Assembly (NCBI GenBank): GCA_035532335.1
Contig: DATKRE010000001.1
Span: 3,555 to 67,554 of the forward strand
Reading direction: 5' to 3'
Source of the DNA: Xanthobacteraceae bacterium
GTDB lineage: Bacteria > Pseudomonadota > Alphaproteobacteria > Rhizobiales > Xanthobacteraceae
Length of the DNA: 64,000 bases
Below, one piece after another: positions 58,962 through 64,000 of the stretch. The first letter of the stretch is position 1. Each line of letters starts with the position of its first letter. The notes below the pieces were generated by a model. The model was not told where the DNA came from and searched no databases. It saw only the letters and a list, made by a program, of their open reading frames with translations. Position numbers and translations under genes: made by a program.

Positions 58962-60608
58962 ATGCTTCGTTCCGCCCATATCGATACGTTTGCGCGCGAT
59001 CATTTGCCGCCGGCCGAACAGTGGCCGGACGTTTCGTTCAACTTGCCGGAACTGCATTATCCGGACCGGCTGAACTGCGTCAGCGCATTTGTTGACGACT
59101 GGATCGTCGCCGGGCACGGAAACCGCGATTGCGTGATCGCGCCCGGCGGAAAATTGACGTATGCCGCGCTGGCGGAACGGGTCAATCGTATTGCCAACGT
59201 GTTGACGCGCGATCTCGGCTTAGTGCCGGGAAACCGCGTGTTATTGCGTGGTCCGAACAGTCCGATGATGGTCGCCGCCTATTTTGCTGTGATCAAAGCC
59301 GGCGGTGTCGTCGTCGCGACCATGCCGCTGTTGCGGGCCAAGGAAATCGCATTCCCGGTGACCAAGGCGGAGATCGGGCTCGCGCTGTGCGACGCTCGGC
59401 TGTCCGACGAGATGGAGAAAACCCGGCCGCTCGCCCCTGCGCTGGGCCGGATCGTCTATTGGGGGCGCGACACCAACGACAGCCTCGAAAAACTGATGAT
59501 AAAGCCCGGCTACGAGCAGTTCGAGGCGTGCGATACCGCAAGCGACGACGTGTGCTTGATCGCCTTCACGTCCGGTACGACCGGCGTGCCCAAAGGCACC
59601 ATGCATTTTCATCGCGATATGCTGGCGATCTGCGACACCTTCGGCAAGTACGTGTTGCGGGCCGACCGCGACGATCGTTTTATCGGGTCGCCGCCGATCG
59701 CGTTCACGTTCGGACTGGGCGGATTGGTGCTGTTTCCGCTTCGCATCGGTGCGGCTACGGTGCTGTTGGAAAAGGCCGGTCCGGACGATCTTCTGCCGGC
59801 AATCGACACGTTCGGGGCCACCGTCTGCTTCACCGCTCCGACCGCTTATCGCGCCATGGTCGGGAAACTGGCGGGCCACAAAATCGGATCGCTGCGAAAG
59901 TGCGTGTCGGCCGGTGAAACTTTGCCGGCGGCAACCTTCGAGGCCTGGCACGCCGCGACTGGCATTCGCATCATCGACGGCCTCGGTTCGACTGAAATGC
60001 TGCACGTCTTCGTCGGCTGTCCCGAAGCCGACATGCGGCCGGGCGCGACCGGCACGGCCGTGCCAGGTTACGAGGCCCGGGTCATCGACCAGGCCGGGCG
60101 GGAGGTTCCAGCGGGCACGCCCGGCCGGCTCGCCGTGCGCGGACCGACCGGCTGCCGCTACCTCGGCGACCAGCGCCAGGTCGAGTATGTACAGAACGGC
60201 TGGAACGTCACCGGCGACACCTATATCAAGGACGCTGACGGCTACTTCAAGTATCAGGCGCGATCCGACGACATGATCATTTCCGCGGGCTACAATATCG
60301 CCGGGCCGGAAGTGGAGACGGTGCTGCTCACCCATCCGGCGGTTGCCGAATGCGGCGTGGTCGGACAGCCCGACGACGAGCGCGGACAGATTGTGAAGGC
60401 CTATGTGGTTCTCAATCGGGGCTTCGCTGCCGATATGGCGCTGACCCGCACTTTGCAGGATTATGTCAAGGCAACGGTGGCGCCGTACAAATATCCGCGC
60501 GCCATCGAATATGTGACTGGCCTGCCGCGCACCGAAACCGGAAAACTGCAACGCTTCGAATTGCGCCGGCGCGCGGTGGAAGGTGCCGCCAGCAAGCTTG
60601 CCTCATGA
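58962..60608 (+). CDS. aromatic acid-CoA ligase (benzoate/2-aminobenzoate-CoA ligase family)
   Basis: AMP-binding motifs are present (FTSGTTGVPKG, GDTY, PRTETGKLQRFELR). The N-terminus HIDTFARDHLPPAEQWP is typical of aminobenzoate/benzoate ligases. Confidence 0.9.
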   Translation: MLRSAHIDTFARDHLPPAEQWPDVSFNLPELHYPDRLNCVSAFVDDWIVAGHGNRDCVIAPGGKLTYAALAERVNRIANVLTRDLGLVPGNRVLLRGPNSPMMVAAYFAVIKAGGVVVATMPLLRAKEIAFPVTKAEIGLALCDARLSDEMEKTRPLAPALGRIVYWGRDTNDSLEKLMIKPGYEQFEACDTASDDVCLIAFTSGTTGVPKGTMHFHRDMLAICDTFGKYVLRADRDDRFIGSPPIAFTFGLGGLVLFPLRIGAATVLLEKAGPDDLLPAIDTFGATVCFTAPTAYRAMVGKLAGHKIGSLRKCVSAGETLPAATFEAWHAATGIRIIDGLGSTEMLHVFVGCPEADMRPGATGTAVPGYEARVIDQAGREVPAGTPGRLAVRGPTGCRYLGDQRQVEYVQNGWNVTGDTYIKDADGYFKYQARSDDMIISAGYNIAGPEVETVLLTHPAVAECGVVGQPDDERGQIVKAYVVLNRGFAADMALTRTLQDYVKATVAPYKYPRAIEYVTGLPRTETGKLQRFELRRRAVEGAASKLAS

Positions 60609-60678
60609 TTGTTAGTGGAGCGTGATCTGTTCGGAAAACCGGATTCCACTTTTCCGAATCACGCTGAAGGAGAGTGAA

Positions 60679-61113
60679 TTGCCCAGCAGTCCGACCGATA
60701 CCTTGCCCCGCCGTGCCGCAAATCTGATTTTGCAGCCGCCCGGTTGGCCACAGCCGAAAGGTTATTCCAACGGCGTCAAGGCGCGCGGCGATCTGCTTTT
60801 CGTCGGCGGGCTGGTCGGCTCGGATAAGGCTGGCCGTTTTCCCGCGGACTTCGTCGGCCAAGCCCGGCAGCTTTTTGAGAACATCGTCGCCGTGCTGGCC
60901 GAGGGCGGAGCGTCGCCCCGCCACATGGTGCGTATGACCTGGTACGTGCGCGACATGGACGAATACCTGAAGGCGCGGCCCGCGCTCGGCGAAGCCTATC
61001 GCGACGTGCTCGGCGAACATTATCCGGCGATGGCGTTGGTCGCCGTCACGCGGCTGGTCGAACCGGAAGCGCGTCTCGAGATCGAAACCACGGCGGTTGT
61101 GCCGCAAGGCTGA
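60679..61113 (+). CDS. RidA/YjgF family protein
   Basis: Contains YSNGVKARGDLLFVGG...RMTWYV...LEIETTAV. The TTG at 60679 follows AAGGAGA; the ORF-track start (GTG at 60622) is an alternative. Confidence 0.8.
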   Translation: MPSSPTDTLPRRAANLILQPPGWPQPKGYSNGVKARGDLLFVGGLVGSDKAGRFPADFVGQARQLFENIVAVLAEGGASPRHMVRMTWYVRDMDEYLKARPALGEAYRDVLGEHYPAMALVAVTRLVEPEARLEIETTAVVPQG

Positions 61114-61122
61114 CGCCTCCCG

Positions 61123-61821
61123 TTAAATCTGCAAATACCGCTGCCGCACGGTCGGATCGCCGGCGAGCGCCGCCGACGTGCCCGACCAAACGACATTGCC
61201 CTTCTCGATGACGACGTGGCGATCCGCGAGCTTGAGCAGCGCGTCGATGTGCTTGTCGACCAACAGAATGGCCTGGCCCTCGGCCTTGAGGCGTTTGAGG
61301 CTTGCCCAGATTTCGCTGCGGATCAGCGGCGCGAGTCCTTCGGTCGCCTCGTCGAGAATGAGAAGCCGTGGGTTCGTCATCAGGCCACGGCCGATTGCCA
61401 GCATCTGTTGCTCGCCGCCGGAAAGCTGATTGCCCATGTTGCGGCGCCGCTCGGAAAGGCCCGGAAAGATCTGATAGATATCGGCAAGCCTCCAGCGCGG
61501 CGGACCGAAGCGTGCCGCGGCGGTGGCGACCAGATTTTCCTCCACCGTCAGCGTCGGGAATATCTGTCGGCCTTCGGGTACGAGCCCGAGCCCGGCTTGC
61601 GCGATCCGATAAGGCGGTAGCCCATCGAGCTGAACGTCATTGAAGGTGATCCGGCCGCCTATTGCCGGCAGCAAGCCCATGATGGTCGAGATCGTCGTGG
61701 TCTTGCCGACACCGTTACGGCCAAGCAGCGTCACCACTTCGCCTTCGCCGACGGCAAAGCTTACGTCGAACAGAACCTGCGCGGCGCCGTAAGCGGCTTT
61801 GAGGGCGTCCACCTTCAGCAC
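61123..61821 (-). CDS. branched-chain amino acid-type ABC transporter ATP-binding protein (LivF-like)
   Basis: Walker A is GRNGVGKTT, the signature is LSGGEQQML and Walker B is LLILDE. Confidence 0.9.
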   Translation of the reverse strand: MLKVDALKAAYGAAQVLFDVSFAVGEGEVVTLLGRNGVGKTTTISTIMGLLPAIGGRITFNDVQLDGLPPYRIAQAGLGLVPEGRQIFPTLTVEENLVATAAARFGPPRWRLADIYQIFPGLSERRRNMGNQLSGGEQQMLAIGRGLMTNPRLLILDEATEGLAPLIRSEIWASLKRLKAEGQAILLVDKHIDALLKLADRHVVIEKGNVVWSGTSAALAGDPTVRQRYLQI

Positions 61822-61828
61822 GGCTGCC

Positions 61829-62581
61829 TCATTCCATCTGCTCGCCGAGATAGGCGGTCACGATCTGCTGATCGGCCCGCACGTCCGCCGGCAGGCCGGT
61901 GCGCAAAACCCGGCCGCGGATCAGCACCGAGATGCGATCGGCGAGCGCAAACACCGCCGACATGTCGTGCTCGACCAGCACCATGGTCAGTTTCCCCTTG
62001 AGCCGAAGCAATAGCTCAATCTGCCGGTCGGTTTCCTCGCGGCCGATTCCCGCCATCGGCTCGTCGAGCAGCAGCAGGGCCGGTTGCATGGCAAGCGCGA
62101 TGGCAAGCTCCAGCGCCCGCTTCTCCCCATGCGAAAGCTCGCCGGCTTGCACATGCGCGCGATCGGCAATGCCGGTTTGCTCGAGCGCCGCCATCGCCGG
62201 CTGGTTGAGCTTTGCTTCGGCGGCGGCGCAGCCGAAAAAGCGCAGGCTTGAACCGATGCGAGCTTGCACGGCGAGCGCGACATTTTCCAGCACGGAAAAG
62301 CTCGGCAAAATCGAGGTGATCTGAAAGCTGCGCGCGAGCCCACGCAATGCGCGTGCTTGCGGCGGCAAGGCCGTAACATCGGCGCCGTCGAACATGATCG
62401 TGCCGGCATCCGGCGGCAACAGCCCGGAGATTTGATTGATCAGCGTCGTCTTGCCGGCGCCGTTTGGTCCGATGACGGCAAGCATCTCGCCCGGCATAAC
62501 GTCGAGCGAGACATCGTCGGTCACCACCAGGCTGCCGAAGCTCTTACGCAGCCCTTTGATGCGAAGCACCGGCTCACTCAT
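61829..62581 (-). CDS. branched-chain amino acid-type ABC transporter ATP-binding protein (LivG-like)
   Basis: Contains MSEPVLRIKGLRKSFG, GPNGAGKTT, LSHGEKRAL and LLLLDEP. The ATG at 62581 overlaps the permease stop (ATGA). Confidence 0.9.
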   Translation of the reverse strand: MSEPVLRIKGLRKSFGSLVVTDDVSLDVMPGEMLAVIGPNGAGKTTLINQISGLLPPDAGTIMFDGADVTALPPQARALRGLARSFQITSILPSFSVLENVALAVQARIGSSLRFFGCAAAEAKLNQPAMAALEQTGIADRAHVQAGELSHGEKRALELAIALAMQPALLLLDEPMAGIGREETDRQIELLLRLKGKLTMVLVEHDMSAVFALADRISVLIRGRVLRTGLPADVRADQQIVTAYLGEQME

Positions 62582-63582
62582 GGGCGCAACCGGCGCCAAA
62601 GCCGCGTAGAAAGCCGCGTAGACAGTCCGATCAGCCCGCCGCGCGCAAACAAAACCACCAGCACGAGGAACGGTCCGAAAATGACCTGCCAGTTCTCGGT
62701 CACGCCGGACAACCATTCTTCGGCAAGCAGGTAGACGGCACTGCCGACGATGGCGCCGTCGAGCGTGCCGACGCCGCCGAGAATAACCATGACGATCAGT
62801 TCGCCGGATTGCTGCCAGGCCATGTAGGCCGGTGCGACAAACTCGGTCGAGTTCGCCAGCAGGAAGCCCGACACGCCGCCGATGCCGCCGGCGATCACAT
62901 ACGCGATCAACTGAAAGCGCTGGACGGTAAATCCGACGGCGGCCATTCGCGTCGCGTTTTCCTTGGCGCCGCGCAGCACGCGGCCGAAGCGCGACGCAAT
63001 GAGCGCGCGGCACAGCAGGTAGCTCGCGAGCAGGCAGAGCAGCGCGAAGTAATAAAACGCCGTATCGTTTTTGAGCACAGGCCATCCGGCAATGGTGTTG
63101 CGGGCCTCGACGGTTAGTCCGTTGTCGCCGCCATAAGGCGCAAGCGACGTGGCGAGGAAATAGACCATTTGTCCGAAAGCGAGCGTGATCATGATGAAAT
63201 ACACGCCCTTGGTCCGGATGCAGACGATGCCGGTTATCCAGGCAAACAACATGGAGACCGCGATCGCCACCGGCAGGGAAATGAGCGCGTCGGCGATGCC
63301 CGCGGTCGACAAAATCCCGACGGCATAGGCGCCCAAGCCGATGAACGCCGCCTGGCCGAACGAGATCAGGCCGCCATAGCCGACCAGCAAATCGAGAGCG
63401 ACCGCGGCGACCGCGAACACCATGATGCGCGTGCCGGTATCGACGAGGTAATGCTGCGCGGTCAGCGCAGCGAACGCGGGAAGCAGCGCAAAAGCCGCAA
63501 ATATGACTGCCGGTAACGCGACATGGCGCGGTCGCCGCAGCGATCCGGCTCCGCCGACCGCAACTGCCGCCGCGCCGGCCAT
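62578..63582 (-). CDS. branched-chain amino acid-type ABC transporter permease (LivM-like)
   Basis: A 334-aa polytopic ORF with the LivM-like pattern (GLISFGQAAFIGLGAY). Confidence 0.9.
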   Translation of the reverse strand: MAGAAAVAVGGAGSLRRPRHVALPAVIFAAFALLPAFAALTAQHYLVDTGTRIMVFAVAAVALDLLVGYGGLISFGQAAFIGLGAYAVGILSTAGIADALISLPVAIAVSMLFAWITGIVCIRTKGVYFIMITLAFGQMVYFLATSLAPYGGDNGLTVEARNTIAGWPVLKNDTAFYYFALLCLLASYLLCRALIASRFGRVLRGAKENATRMAAVGFTVQRFQLIAYVIAGGIGGVSGFLLANSTEFVAPAYMAWQQSGELIVMVILGGVGTLDGAIVGSAVYLLAEEWLSGVTENWQVIFGPFLVLVVLFARGGLIGLSTRLSTRLWRRLRP

Positions 63583-63585
63583 CGT

Positions 63586-64000
63586 TCAGCGGCCCCGCGC
63601 CGGGAACAGGCCGGCCGGGCGCAGATACAGCACGATCGCCATCAGCACGTAGATCAGGATCGAAGCGATCGCCGGCCCGACCGTGCGTGCCGGTGACGGC
63701 GCCATCACCAGGCGAAGCACATCGATGGAGAATGAACGGCCGAGCGTGTCGACCAGCCCGATCAGCAGCGCCGCAACGAACGCGCCGCGGATCGAACCGA
63801 TGCCGCCGATCACAATGACGACGAACGCCAGAATCAGAATATTGGTACCCATGCCGGGCTCAACCGAGATGATCGGCGCGATCATGACGCCGGCAAAACC
63901 CGCCAGCATGGTGCCGAAGCCGAACACGATCATGAACAGCTGCTTGATGTTGACCCCGAGCGCCGAGACCATACGGGCATTGGTGGCCCCGGCGCGCACC
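63586..64000 (-). CDS. branched-chain amino acid-type ABC transporter permease (LivH-like), C-terminal part; gene continues past the window end
   Basis: The translation ...ARMVSALGVNIKQLFMIVFGFGTMLAGFAGV...GGIGSIRGAFVAALLIG is typical of the LivH C-terminus. Confidence 0.85.
   Translation of the reverse strand, partial: VRAGATNARMVSALGVNIKQLFMIVFGFGTMLAGFAGVMIAPIISVEPGMGTNILILAFVVIVIGGIGSIRGAFVAALLIGLVDTLGRSFSIDVLRLVMAPSPARTVGPAIASILIYVLMAIVLYLRPAGLFPARGR

Overview
The window is a GC-rich chromosomal segment, roughly 60-65% GC judged by eye. The protein sequences and an ISNwi1-like insertion sequence suggest an alphaproteobacterium of the Hyphomicrobiales (Bradyrhizobium/Nitrobacter-like); that placement is inference. 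I saw no rRNA, tRNA or CRISPR array.

Layout, left to right:
1. A partial CocE/NonD hydrolase, a DoxX gene, a lower-GC orphan patch and a YeiH-type membrane protein.
2. An 11.9-kb minus-strand pentose-phosphate operon: HAD-tal-pgi-gnd-tkt-zwf-HAD(Cof)-pgl-rpe-rpiA::gntK fusion.
3. A 2.57-kb IS1595-family element with an 8-bp target-site duplication and non-transposase cargo ORFs.
4. A 2114-aa cytoplasmic poly-HAMP/GAF hybrid histidine kinase, followed by a REC-PAS-HWE kinase-REC gene.
5. glpK, then an atu/liu-like acyl-CoA carboxylase cluster ending in a BKACE (DUF849) gene.
6. Two decayed genes: a frameshifted acyl-CoA synthetase and an internally deleted CHASE3 hybrid kinase.
7. A three-subunit membrane flavoprotein/cytochrome c sugar dehydrogenase.
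8. An IS5 remnant and small stress-type genes.
9. A nine-gene Che3/Wsp-like chemosensory cluster whose output is a triple-REC histidine kinase plus a single-domain response regulator.
10. An anthraniloyl-/salicylyl-CoA-type aerobic aromatic CoA pathway with MarR.
11. A Liv-type ABC transporter, truncated at the window end.

The most notable non-genic signal is six matches to the alphaproteobacterial general-stress sigma factor (EcfG) promoter motif GGAAC-N16/17-(C/G)GTT. All six lie in intergenic DNA and point at a downstream gene. Their targets are the PPP operon, the poly-HAMP kinase operon, the sugar dehydrogenase operon and three small stress-type genes.

Best candidates for something undescribed:
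- the EcfG-wired poly-HAMP plus HWE kinase pair, which is divergent from the PPP operon;
- the cargo of the IS1595 element;
- the Che-like pathway with a triple-REC kinase output.

All functional calls come from reading the translations by eye. No database search was run.
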